Shown here one piece after another: positions 13,634 through 26,355 of a stretch of 64,000 bases of DNA. The DNA is from Schmidtea nova (lineage: Eukaryota). The stretch's first letter is position 1. Every line of letters begins with the position of its first letter. Where the stretch lies: positions 156,178,001-156,242,000 of the forward strand of contig CM097884.1 in assembly GCA_044892505.1 (NCBI GenBank). The letters run 5' to 3'. Made by a program: the position numbers and the translations under genes. The notes below the pieces were generated by a model that saw only the letters and a program-made list of their open reading frames with translations, searched no databases and was not told the origin of the DNA.

Positions 13634-16042
13634 CAGCGGTTCTCAAATTCTTTGAAATTTTCTGCGAGGCGGTCCCTTTAAAAATTGTTAGATAGCTTGC
13701 GGACCCCTAATAATAAAAGGTATAGCAAATAAAACATATATATTGAGAAAATATTACATCGTAAAAGTTAAATAACAATTTTAATGCGACGGATGCAGGC
13801 GTTTTTCCAGAACTAGAGCTTCTAGGTTTGGCTTTGTCTTGGCCAGTGCAACTCATTTGTCGCGCATAATCTATTTCTTGCTTTTGTTTTAATTGTAAGT
13901 AGTGTAGAAAAAGCCGACTCACCCTCATAGGTGGTTGCAAATGGAATGAGGACTTTTAGAGCCATCTTTGCAACATCAGGATAGGACAGTGCCATTTCAA
14001 TCCAAAAGTCACTACAGCAAGTTCCACGGAAAACATGTTTTGCACCCTCATCGTTTATTAAATCAATAAATTGTTCCTGAACTAAATTGTCGTCCGAGGG
14101 CAGGTCACTAATGGATACTTCAAATGGGTTAGTGATAAACCGATGAAGTTTTTCAAATTCTCGCAGATCAGGAAAATAGTGAGACATTTCTTTGCTAAGA
14201 ACGAATACATGCTGTTTCATCATTTCAAGAATATCTGCATCGACTTCAAGCTCATTTTCATCAATATATGTATTCAGCTGCGGAAATGGAGCAAAATTCT
14301 TATTCTCTAACTTTGTAATCCATAGTTCGAGCTTCATTTTGAAAGCCGTCAATTTTTCATGACAATGTAGCACTGTGATATCTTTTCCTTGCAGCGCCAG
14401 ATTGATATAATTCACGGATTCAAATATGTCTACCAAAAATGACAAGGAAATAAGAAAACGGACATCGGAGAATTTTGTGTGCATGTCTGGTTTGGTATCT
14501 TTCAAAAATTGCTGAATTTCTTTATGGAGTATAAAAACCCTCTTTAAAACTTTCCCTTTGGAAAGCCACCTCACGCGCGAGTGCAACAAGAGTTTTTCAA
14601 TTCCGGAATCACTTTCTTTCCATAACTCGGAAAACAAACGAGAGTTAAGTGCATTTGATTTTATGAAATTTACTGCTGTAATCACATGATTGAGAACATT
14701 TTTCAACTCGTCAGGCATGGTTTTTACCATTAAAGCTTGGCGATGAATAGTGCAGTGTGTACCAATCATGTTTCGGGATTTTTGTTTAACCAAAGTTTGA
14801 AACTCAGAACGACAACCAAGCATTGCTGGAGCACCGTCAGTACACACGCCAATAAGATTTTCCCATTTGATATCATGCGCTTCAAAGAATCTGTCCACTT
14901 TATCAAAGATTTCTTTTGCAGTTGTTCTGGTATTGAGAGTTTCACAGAACAAAAATTCATCTTCTAGGTGTTTATCATACGTATATCGTACGTAGACGCA
15001 AAGTTGTGCTAAGTTGGCGACATCCGTCGTTTCATCAAGTTGGATTGCAAAGGAGAACGTTGAGTTTTGAATTTTTGACACCACTTGCGACAGAATGTTT
15101 TCGGACATTTCTGCTATTCGCCTCCGAACAGTGTCGTTTGACAGGCAAACGTAACTTAGCTTGCTGAGCTCCGAACATCCCAGAACATTTGATATTATAT
15201 CTTTGCAGCAAGGTAATATCAACTCTTCTCCGATATTGTGTGGTTTTTGGGCCACAGCTATTTTCCTTGAAACCTCATAGGACGCCCTCAGACCAGCCTT
15301 AATGTTCTCCGACCAGATTCCTGTGTCATCAATCCTGGAGTTGTGCAGTCGTTCGGCTTGGCGCTTAAAGAAGTCGACATCTTTGGTCATTGAGCTGGGA
15401 TGCTTCGTTTCTAAGTGTCTCTTTAACTTGCCGGGTTTAAGAGAAGAGGGTGCCAGCACCTCAGAACACAAGACACACTGTGGTTTCTCTTCACCTTTCG
15501 AATTTATTACAGTAAACCCATGTTGTAAATATGAAATGTCATATCTCATTTTCTTTTTGGTGGGCATCTTAAATCTAAAAAAATCGATAAAATAAAATAA
15601 AATTATAAATTTATAAAATTATACAGCAAAAGTTAATGTTTATTATACCACAAACTGTTTACAAGAAAATAAAATACTAAATGTGATGCGTCGTTCACTC
15701 GGAGAAAATACAATTAAAGGCAAAGAATAAGCAGACAGGCCTGCTATATAAACCCTCGAGGTTGGACCGAGTCGAGGTGACAACGTTACAATTTTAAACA
15801 ATGACGTCACAAATTAGCATACAACCTCAACATGCACGCAAAATATTGGAGACACAAAACGCAGTTTTACCCCGTAAGGGGGCTAATGTTGAATTGATTT
15901 TTAATAACAGAAATGATTAAATTATTTTTTGATGTTTTTTTAAAATGATTTTAAAAATAAATATGCGTTAGTTTGTCGAGGTCCCACCGAAACTGCGTCG
16001 CGGTCCCCTAGGGGACCGCGGACCCCACTTTGAGAACCGCTG
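13634..16042 (-). mobile_element. hAT transposon, Buster/Charlie/SPIN-like group, full length
   Basis: 14-bp TIR CAGCGGTTCTCAAA at both ends, a perfect 8-bp TSD AGCTGAAG (13626-13633 and 16043-16050), and a subterminal palindrome CGCGGTCCCC..GGGGACCGCG. Confidence 0.97.
13781..15567 (-). CDS. hAT transposase (BED finger + DDE), frameshifted near the C-terminus
   Basis: KPQCVLC...KLKRHLETKH, QLDETTD, CTDGAPAM, HCTIHRQAL, VRWLSKG and TYEGESAFS. The expected tail VALAKTKPNLEALVLEKRLHPSH* lies in another frame ending at 13781. Confidence 0.92.
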
Positions 16043-18216
16043 AGCTGAAGCAATCTAATAAAATTTCAATGGAAGAGGGTAATGCTCAAATTGTTGGGTC
16101 AATCAAATAAAATATATAATATTTTGTCCAGATCATTTTTAATAATACCCAAAAATCATTTAAATATTATTTAATTAAAAATTTTAAACAGTGCACTAAT
16201 TTACATTATTATAAAAACAACAAATTTGTGCAGTAATAAAACAACAAAATTTGTAATTTTTGACAATTCTCATATTTTCTCCAGCGAATATTATCAAATT
16301 ATTTAGGTTTTTATAAATTTGAAAAGTTTTAAAACCGTTGCATTTTCAAGAATTAATAATATTTTCTTACTATTTTCTTATCATTTGAACATCTGCATTA
16401 AATTATATACATTATCGAAAAATTGTAATTTCCAAACAAATCAGCATATAAATTTAACCAACTACCTTTAATTATACTAAGTTGATGGCTTTTAAAATTG
16501 AAATAATGCACAACAACTTGCACTCTGATTGAACATTTTAACATATAAAATCCATAATTTTCATAGATCAATAAATCCAATATAATCGAAATGGTGGATT
16601 ACCAATAGGTGTTTGATCTTTGTTTCCATGATCATAACTGTCATTAACCATGATTCCCAAGGTTCATCATGTCGTTTCCCACCGAATTTACCTGTAAATG
16701 TGTGACTGGGAGCATTTGCGTTGGTACTATATACTAGGGTTGTTAAAATACGTAGGCGGTGAGCGCGCTTATCGCACTTCGCGCCTGCACCCTACCTATC
16801 ACCTGATCTGTCTCTAGATGACATTTTTTGATTTCAGTGAAAACATTATACCGATTTCTTTCCTGTACATTTAAAGTGGTAGAGCTATTGATAAAAATTA
16901 TTTGAGTTCAAATTCTATTCGAAAACGCTACATGCTGATGGTCTGTAAAATCGCTTAACATATGGTACTGTTATTTATTTCGTGTCGTTTGATTTATTTT
17001 GGTGGACTTTCCTTTCAGCCACTTTTGAGTACAATTTCCTTTAATTATTCTCGGTTTTAGATGATCAACCTATATCACGACTTGATTTTTTCCGAAGACC
17101 ATTTGGTCAACCGGAGCGTGACCCTGGTCTCTCACAAACTGATCTCGAAAGGAAGAAATGTTGTATATTTTAAATATTTTAGTGGAAATGAAAATTTCTC
17201 ACATGTTTAATATGAAATTAATGTGGCTCAGTACAAATATACATGCTTGATCTACTTTTCTATTTATAATTTTATAAGCAAATGTTATTAGTAATAAAAT
17301 TATTACTAATGGTCTTTTTCTTTAAAGAAATATAAAATATTAAATGAAATAAATAATTTATTGAACTAGATTTAAAAATAAATCTATAAATCCAAGCGTG
17401 TATAATTTATGTTAAAAATAAATTATATTACTAAAACAAGTCAGATAATATTTAATTAATTTCATCTCGTATTTAAGACACAAAATTTGCCAACAATCAA
17501 TAACTAGCTCATAACCTCAATTTCTAGCACCCTTGTACCGAGTTGTTTGATACTAAATTGTGCCGCATATTCAAATAGATCATCATAAAATCAAAACTTC
17601 AGATACTTAAATTAGCCCATCACAAATGCCAATATAATTCAACACTTCCTATCATATGTACTCGACTCTTTGTAACAAAAGTATTAATTTTATATTTTTG
17701 AATTTCGACTTTAAAAAAAAATAATATTTACACGTGCATACATGTGATTAAATTCTATTATTCTAAAATTTGACCAATACGAACAGATTTATAGACATGA
17801 GCTGTAAAACTGAGTCGGTTCACTACTCTGGGCGAGTTCATCCTTTAAAGCTTGATTTAGATGTAGCAAGTTCTTTTCATTAATTTCAAAGCCCGAATCC
17901 CCTCAAGCATCAAATGTTGCTATCCACTGAGCTTATTCCAACTGTCTTCTACAAGTATTTCTATGTTAAGTTTTCTTAATATAGATCACTTTATCTCTTG
18001 GCGACTATTTTCTTTGCTACCTTCAATTTTACTTTCTGATACGATTTTATCAACTTACCAACTCGCCCAAAGCGTATAATAGATAAATATTAAATTTATT
18101 TTTATTATCCATTAATTTTGACGAATCATGGTATCTCGGAATAATTCTTTAAGTCGAGCTAACTATTATAAACAAACCTAATTCTATGTTAAACAAATTT
18201 TGGTTTACATCAAAAT

Positions 18217-18925
18217 GGCGCCCCCCCCCAAAACATCAACTTCTAGAACATCAACTACTAAAAAATCAACTTTTAAAACATCAACTGTCAAAAACATCAA
18301 CTGACTAAAACATCAACTGACTAAAACATCAACTGTCTAAAACATCAACTGTCTAAAACATCAACTTACTAAACATCAACTGCAGTTAATAATAATTAAT
18401 AATAAATAATTAATAATAATAATTAATAATAATTAATTAATAATTAATAATAATTAATTAATAATAATTAATTAATAATTAATTAATAANNNNNNNNNNN
18501 NNNNNNNNNNNNNNNNNNNNNNNNNNNNNNNNNNNNNNNNNNNNNNNNNNNNNNNNNNNNNNNNNNNNNNNNNNNNNNNNNNNNNNNNNNNNNNNNNNNN
18601 NNNNNNNNNNNNNNNNNNNNNNNNNNNNNNNNNNNNNNNNNNNNNNNNNNNNNNNNNNNNNNNNNNNNNNNNNNNNNNNNNTTAATAATTATTAATAATA
18701 ATTAATAATAATTATTAATAATAATTAATAATAAATTATTATTTAAATTGTAATGAAATTCAATGTTTTATATTGTTGATGTTTTAGATTGTTGATGTTT
18801 TAGCCAATTGATGTTTTTGACAGTTGATGTTTTTGACAATTGATGTTTTTGACAGTTGATGTTTTAGGGTAAAAAGTTGATGTTTTCGTAGTTGATGTTT
18901 TAGAAGTTGATTAAATGGGGCGACC
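18217..18925. mobile_element. Foldback-type non-autonomous element spanning an assembly gap
   Basis: Left arm of tandem AAACATCAACTG(T/A)C subrepeats and an inverted right arm (GTTGATGTTTT), GG...CC ends, an AATTAATAAT low-complexity core, and an N gap at 18490-18681. Confidence 0.65.
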
Positions 18926-20536
18926 CGAAAATTTTGATAATAAAATATTTCATAACTTTTACAATTTTCTTATTTATAACAAGTTAATACTCGATTTTGG
19001 ATTGGACAATTGCAATTCATCTAGTAAAAAGTAATTCTGATCAAAAACTTATTTTAAATAATTTTCTTAAAAAAACGTACTTGTTTCTCGAGGATATAAT
19101 TATGCTTACCAATGATATTTGGAAACACTTTGAATCTTATTTGTATTTTGAACATTAATTTTACTTAATAAAACAATAATAATTTAGATTATATCTTTAT
19201 CAAAAATTAACAAATATTATTATAAAAATATTACTGATTCATATTTTATTCTAAATTATTACATCTTAATTACAGTAAAATTAATCGTATTCAGTGAATT
19301 GCAACAACCTAATATTTATTTATTACATATTTTTAAAAATAAATATAGATAATTTTGAACAATAAGGCATAAATAAAAATTACTCCATTCATAAACTTTA
19401 AAAATGTAACTTATAAAATTTCAGAAATTGACCGAAGAAAGCCATGTAAAATGTTGTAAATTATTACATTTTGAATATAATTAAGAATCAATTATAAATT
19501 CTATAAGATCGATTTAATAGTTTATGATAAATAATTAATTTACATAAATCAAGTCATAAAGTTAATATTAATATTAAATATGATGATTATTGTTTAAAAA
19601 AACTGCAATAATTTTGATAAATCAAATGACCAACAAAAATATTATTATAAAATTCTCAACATTCGAACTAAAAATAAACTACAAAAATAAATGCAAGTTT
19701 GTGGTTAGAAAATGTTCCATTGATGTGATATGCATGCATGTGTATGTGTGTCCTGAAGGGATATTGCTTAGCTGAGTCTACATAATATCTAATTGCTCTC
19801 TTAGGCAAATTGTAATTAAAGTTCTCTTGTGCTAATTTCTGCGAATTTACCTAGAATAGTAACAATATTGAAAACAAGATTTATGCTAGATAATTTCTTT
19901 ATGCTAGATAATATTTCGAAAATCAATGACAAAAATAATATACACAAAGATAACATGAAAATATATATTTAAACAAAGTTGAGAAAATATAAAAAATGTA
20001 AATGCCGTAAATGTCGCTCATCATTAAAATGTTTGATTTACAGTATCAAAAGTTTTACGTAATCTTGATCATTCATTAATTTTCAGTCTGAATTAATTCG
20101 CCTCGAGTTGTTGAAGTAAGAAGCTCTAGAGCTTTACGTCACGTTTTAGCAATAGCTTATCGCCTAGCTTAATAATGCTTAGCTGATGATAATTCTCGAG
20201 CTACATGCTGACACTTTTCAGTTGTTTACTATTTTAAGCCAATTGGTGAGCAGTGACAATATTGCTTCTTAAATTCTAATTGTCTTTTCTTCTTTGCCAC
20301 TAAAGAGCCTAGTGACCATTTTTTCTGTTTAGATATCTATTTATAATCAGCAAATTCATATTAATCATAGAATAATTTGGTGTTTGTGGTTCAAATAGAC
20401 TCCAAAAAATTACAATTTCAGAAATATAAGAATATAAATATTTCTTTTCTGAAATTAATTAAGAAATTGCATCAATGTATCTCACTTCTCACATCTTACA
20501 CGCCATAGCAAATTAGTTTCTGATTTTTGATTTTAG

Positions 20537-21059
20537 ATTCGCCCGTGTAATCAAGCTGTCTAATGATCCGAGCCCTGGTTACAATATTGAAGTAATGGCG
20601 AGAAATGGCAAGAAACTTGCCGAATTACCGTATATAGTCAAAGGAATGGATGTATCTTTTTCGGGAATTTTGACACATTTGGAAGAGAAAGTTGAAGAAT
20701 GGACGAAATCAGGTGAATTCAATCAAGCTGACCTTTGTTTCAGTTTGCAAGAAACAATGTTTGCAATGCTAGTCGAGATTACCGAGAGAGCGATGGCACA
20801 TTGTAATTCCAATGAGGTTCTCATTGTTGGCGGAGTCGGGTGTAATTTACGGTTGCAAGAAATGATGGCGGAAATGGCTAAAGAAAGGGGAGCAACTTTA
20901 TACGCCACAGATATGAGGTTTTGCATAGACAATGGGGCGATGATTGCAGTTGCAGGGTGGCGAATGTTCCAAAGTGGCCAATTTACTACTCTAGAAGATT
21001 CCTGGATTACTCAATCTTTTCGAACTGATGAAGTTTTTGTTGGCTGGAGAAATGATTGA
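20537..21059 (+). CDS. OSGEP: OSGEP/Kae1 exon 2
   Basis: [72 protein letters not shown] and FRTDEV.V.WRND*. Confidence 0.97.
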
Positions 21060-24000
21060 TTTATTGAAATAAAATATTCAATAATTCATTTCTTTCTTTT
21101 TTTATTTAATAATCAATTTTAATTATAATTGATTCTTTTTATTTGACTAGGTCAATATATTTATTTATTTAACATGCATTTTCGACGTAGCTTTTTTCTA
21201 AATGTTTTTTGATCAAACTTAATTTACTATAATATAAATAAAAAAAATTGAATAATTATTTAATTTTTAAGGATTAAAGCAATCAATATTTTCGGACATA
21301 AAGATTGTGTTTGCTGAATAATGATTGATTTATTGAAATGAAATATTTAATAATTCATTTTTTCCCAATTTTTATTGATGAATTTTAATTATAATTGATT
21401 CTTTTTATTTGACTATAGATCAATATATTTATTTATTCGACATGAAATTTCTTGCAGCTTTTTAAAAAATGCATTTTGATCAATCTTAATTTACTATAAT
21501 GTAAATAAAAAATTGAATAATTATTTATTTTTAAGCATTAAATATAGGTAGCATTAGAAATTAATCTTTTCGAACATATAAAGTTTTTGTTTGCTGGAGA
21601 TAGATTGATTTATTAAAATAAAATATTTAATAATTCTATTCGATATTTATTAATCAATTTTAATTATAATTGATTCTCTTTATTTGACTATAGATCAATA
21701 TATTTATTTATTCGACATGAAATTTCTTGCAGCTTTTTAAAAATGCATTTTGATCAATCTTAATTTACTATAATGTAAATAAAAAATTGAATAATTATTT
21801 ATTTTTAAGCATTAAATATAGGTAGCATTAGAAATTAATCTTTTCGAACATATAAAGTTTTTGTTTGCTGGAGATAGATTGATTTATTAAAATAAAATAT
21901 TTAATAATTCTATTCGATATTTATTAATCAATTTTAATTATAATTGATTCTCTTTATTTGACTATAGATCAATATAGTTATTTATTCGACATGAAATTTC
22001 TTGCAGCTTTTTAAAAATGCATTTTGATCAATCTTAATTTACTATAATGTAAATAAAAAATTGAATAATTATTTAATTTTAAGCATTAAATATAGGTAGC
22101 ATTAGAAATTAATCTTTTCGAACATATAAAGTTTTTGTTTGCTGGAGATAGATTGATTTATTAAAATAAAATATTTAATAATTCTATTCGATATTTATTA
22201 ATCAATTTTAATTATAATTGATTCTCTTTATTTGACTATAGATCAATATATTTATTTATTCGACATGAAATTTCTTGCAGCTTTTTAAAAATGCATTTTG
22301 ATCAATCTTAATTTACTATAATGTAAATAAAAAATTGAATAATTATTTAATTTTAAGCATTAAATATAGGTAGCATTAGAAATTAATCTTTTCGAACATA
22401 TAAAGTTTTTGTTTGCTGGAGATAGATTGATTTATTAAAATAAAATATTTAATAATTCTATTCGATATTTATTAATCAATTTTAATTATAATTGATTCTC
22501 TTTATTTGACTATAGATCAATATATTTATTTATTCGACATGAAATTTCTTGCAGCTTTTTAAAAATGCATTTTGATCAATCTTAATTTACTATAATGTAA
22601 ATAAAAAATTGAATAATTATTTATTTTTAAGCATTAAATATAGGTAGCATTAGAAATTAATCTTTTCGAACATATAAAGTTTTTGTTTGCTGGAGATAGA
22701 TTGATTTATTAAAATAAAATATTTAATAATTCTATTCGATATTTATTAATCAATTTTAATTATAATTGATTCTCTTTATTTGACTATAGATCAATATATT
22801 TATTTATTCGACATGAAATTTCTTGCAGCTTTTTAAAAATGCATTTTGATCAATCTTAATTTACTATAATGTAAATAAAAAATTGAATAATTATTTATTT
22901 TTAAGCATTAAATATAGGTAGCATTAGAAATTAATCTTTTCGAACATATAAAGTTTTTGTTTGCTGGAGATAGATTGATTTATTAAAATAAAATATTTAA
23001 TAATTCTATTCGATATTTATTAATCAATTTTAATTATAATTGATTCTCTTTATTTGACTATAGATCAATATATTTATTTATTCGACATGAAATTTCTTGC
23101 AGCTTTTTAAAAATGCATTTTGATCAATCTTAATTTACTATAATGTAAATAAAAAATTGAATAATTATTTATTTTTAAGCATTAAATATAGGTAGCATTA
23201 GAAATTAATCTTTTCGAACATATAAAGTTTTTGTTTGCTGGAGATAGATTGATTTATTAAAATAAAATATTTAATAATTCTATTCGATATTTATTAATCA
23301 ATTTTAATTATAATTGATTCTCTTTATTTGACTATAGATCAATATATTTATTTATTCGACATGAAATTTCTTGCAGCTTTTTAAAAAATGCATTTTGATC
23401 AATCTTAATTTACTATAATGTAAATAAAAAATTGAATAATTATTTATTTTTAAGCATTAAATATAGGTAGCATTAGAAATTAATCTTTTCGAACATATAA
23501 AGTTTTTGTTTGCTGGAGATAGATTGATTTATTAAAATAAAATATTTAATAATTCTATTCGATATTTATTAATCAATTTTAATTATAATTGATTCTCTTT
23601 ATTTGACTATAGATCAATATATTTATTTATTCGACATGAAATTTCTTGCAGCTTTTTAAAAAATGCATTTTGATCAATCTTAATTTACTATAATGTAAAT
23701 AAAAAATTGAATAATTATTTATTTTTAAGCATTAAATATAGGTAGCATTAGAAATTAATCTTTTCGAACATATAAAGTTTTTGTTTGCTGGAGATAGATT
23801 GATTTATTAAAATAAAATATTTAATAATTCTATTCGATATTTATTAATCAATTTTAATTATAATTGATTCTCTTTATTTGACTATATATATCAATATATT
23901 TATATCAATATATTTATTTATTCGACATGAAATTTCTTGCAGCTTTTTAAAAAATGCATTTTGATCAATCTTAATTTACTATAATGTAAATAAAAAATTG

Positions 24001-24600
24001 AATAATTATTTATTTTTAAGCATTAAATATAGGTAGCATTAGAAATTAATCTTTTCGAACATATAAAGTTTTTGTTTGCTGGAGATAGATTGATTTATTA
24101 AAATAAAATATTTAATAATTCTATTCGATATTTATTAATCAATTTTAATTATAATTGATTCTCTTTATTTGACTATAAATCAATATATTTATATATTTGA
24201 CATTAATTTTCGGAGCAGCTTTTTTAAGTGCTTTTTGGTCAATTTTAATTTACTATAATGCAAATAAAAAATTGAATAATTATTTAATTTTTAAGCATTA
24301 AATATAAGTGGCATTAAAAATCAATCTTTTCGGACATATAAAGATTTTGTTGGATGAATGATTGATTTATGCAAATAAAATATTTAATAATTCAATTTTT
24401 AGTAATCCATTTTGATTATAATTGATTCTCTTTATTTGACTATAAATCAATTTATTTATTTATTTGACATTAATTTTCGATGCAGCTCTTTTTTATTAAT
24501 GCTTTTTGATCAATTTTAATTTACTAAACCATAAATAAAAAATTGGATAATTATTTAATAATAAAGGATTAAAAAGACAATATTGATAGATCACGTAGAT
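21011..24600 (+). repeat. Tandem satellite, ~13 units of ~274 bp, derived from the OSGEP 3' end
   Basis: The GCTGGAGA anchor recurs at 21593, 21867, 22141, 22415, 22689, 22963, 23237, 23512, 23787 and 24078. Central units are nearly identical and edge units are diverged. Confidence 0.97.
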
Positions 24601-25567
24601 TCAACATAATTTAAATTACAGATTAATTTGTGCTTCGGTCAATATTATATTTATTTTAATATAACACGATAAATCAAACAAGTTTCTAATCCGTGCTTTT
24701 GGCACAAATATTTTTCCCAATGGTCTTGAAATGCTCTTTTTTCGTTTGGATTTTCAAGATACTCCTGCCATTATGGGTAATTAAGTTTTAATAAATGAAT
24801 ACTTTATCAAACACTAATAATAATTAAATATATAAAAAATGTTGAGTTTATTTTATATAATTTTCAGTAGGAACTTTTTCTCTGACTCCGTGTTCTCTTT
24901 AAATAATCAATGGCTTTACTCAACACAGAAATAATCTTTATTAAGACTAAAGTTTTCACAACAATTTACAATTTTTTTATCCTACGGCAGGGATCCCAAT
25001 AACAAACCTCCTCAAGTGCAACTATATTTCTTTTCACAAACGAACCGTCAAATCCTTGCACGGCTCTGTTTGAATTATTCCACTAGTTACTCTCGCTTAT
25101 GCTGGGTTCATGGAGGGGTTAGATGAAAAATGTTCTAACAATGACTAGCGATCCCTCATCCATGATCATGCATAAAATTGCAATTCTACACTCAAGCGCC
25201 CTTGATTATTTCCCTATATAATCAAGTTGGTGATGCGCAGGGTGGTTAAACAATGATGGGCAGGTGAGCACTATCGCTAGTACTACTCCCCATTTATGTT
25301 TACGGGTTCATTGCTGCCGTTAGAAGGACTTATGCTTTAATCATCTACTTGTGTATTCCGCGTTAATCTTTCAGAAAATTTATTTTTATCATTTCTCAGT
25401 CTGCGAGAAGTATTTCAACGAATGCTCGCTTAATTATTTTGTTATCTCTATTCGATATTTTGTAAACTGAATTTATACTTTTGTTCTATCTTTATCTAAT
25501 CATTGGTAAAGTTAATTAAATCAATTCAAATGAACGATAAAATTCTTAAGCCAATACAACAATTTAT

Positions 25568-26164
25568 TTAATTTCTAATGAGTTCGGTAAAAACTCCCGC
25601 CGGAGGAAAAATCTCCGTCAATAATGCCTCCTCGGTCATCTGATGTAGACCATCTACTTGGCTTTGTAATCGCTGGGCAAATAATTTTCTCTGTCTCCGC
25701 CGTTTCTGCCCAATGCGCTTGCGTTTCTGGTGCGCAGTTGCCGGTGAGGTGGTTGAATTTGCTGCAGGAGCTGTCTCATTCCGACTTTCGAGTAGATCGG
25801 CGACATCCGTGCCAATGGAATTTACCGTCTTCTTTTCGGATGTCCAAGCTTGGTACGTAACCGGACGGATTTGCTCTCTGAGCTCCTTCTCAATATATGA
25901 GGCAGTTACGGAATGGAGGCATTTTCGGAGTTCTATCTTTGTAGCCTCCCATTCCATTTGGTAATTGGCTGCAGTCTGCTGGGCGCGCTCGGTTTTACTG
26001 ATTTGCTCCTTCATTCGGGCCGGAGCAAACCAGCTTTTGCGCAAATATTCAATCTGTGCCTCTGCTTTGATCAATTGTGCCTTGAGGAGACCCAATTCCT
26101 TGTCCTGGGCTCTCCGAATCCGCCACATCTTTTCCAATTCTCTCTGCATCAAATCGGGGTTCAT
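25568..26164 (-). CDS. LTR-encoded 198-aa protein: coiled coil + Arg-rich basic motif
   Basis: Intact in both LTRs (copy at 52148-52744). It contains KRKRIGQKRRRQRK and has AG one base before the ATG. Confidence 0.7.
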   Translation of the reverse strand: MNPDLMQRELEKMWRIRRAQDKELGLLKAQLIKAEAQIEYLRKSWFAPARMKEQISKTERAQQTAANYQMEWEATKIELRKCLHSVTASYIEKELREQIRPVTYQAWTSEKKTVNSIGTDVADLLESRNETAPAANSTTSPATAHQKRKRIGQKRRRQRKLFAQRLQSQVDGLHQMTEEALLTEIFPPAGVFTELIRN

Positions 26165-26355
26165 TCTATAATTTATTCAGGATATTTACTCTATGATTTA
26201 ATTATATGAAAATTAAAATCTGATCATAGGATTATTAGGTCACGAATATGAACTATTAAAATGCGAAACAAAACAAAAAAAAATATAAATAAAAAACAAA
26301 ATTCACTAATGAACTATAATATTTTAATACAATTTCAACATTTGTTGATCAGTTT

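Larger units (their letters stand above)
5367..20536 (+). other. OSGEP: 15.2-kb GT-AG intron of OSGEP
   Basis: GT at 5367 and TTTTAG ending at 20536. Joining gives AG+A=Arg and the conserved [21 protein letters not shown]. Total CDS is 1011 nt (336 aa + stop). Confidence 0.95.

Noticed and set aside
18385-18730. Telomere-like or functional AAT repeat
   Set aside because: It is an irregular low-complexity tract flanking an N gap; its length and content cannot be assessed.
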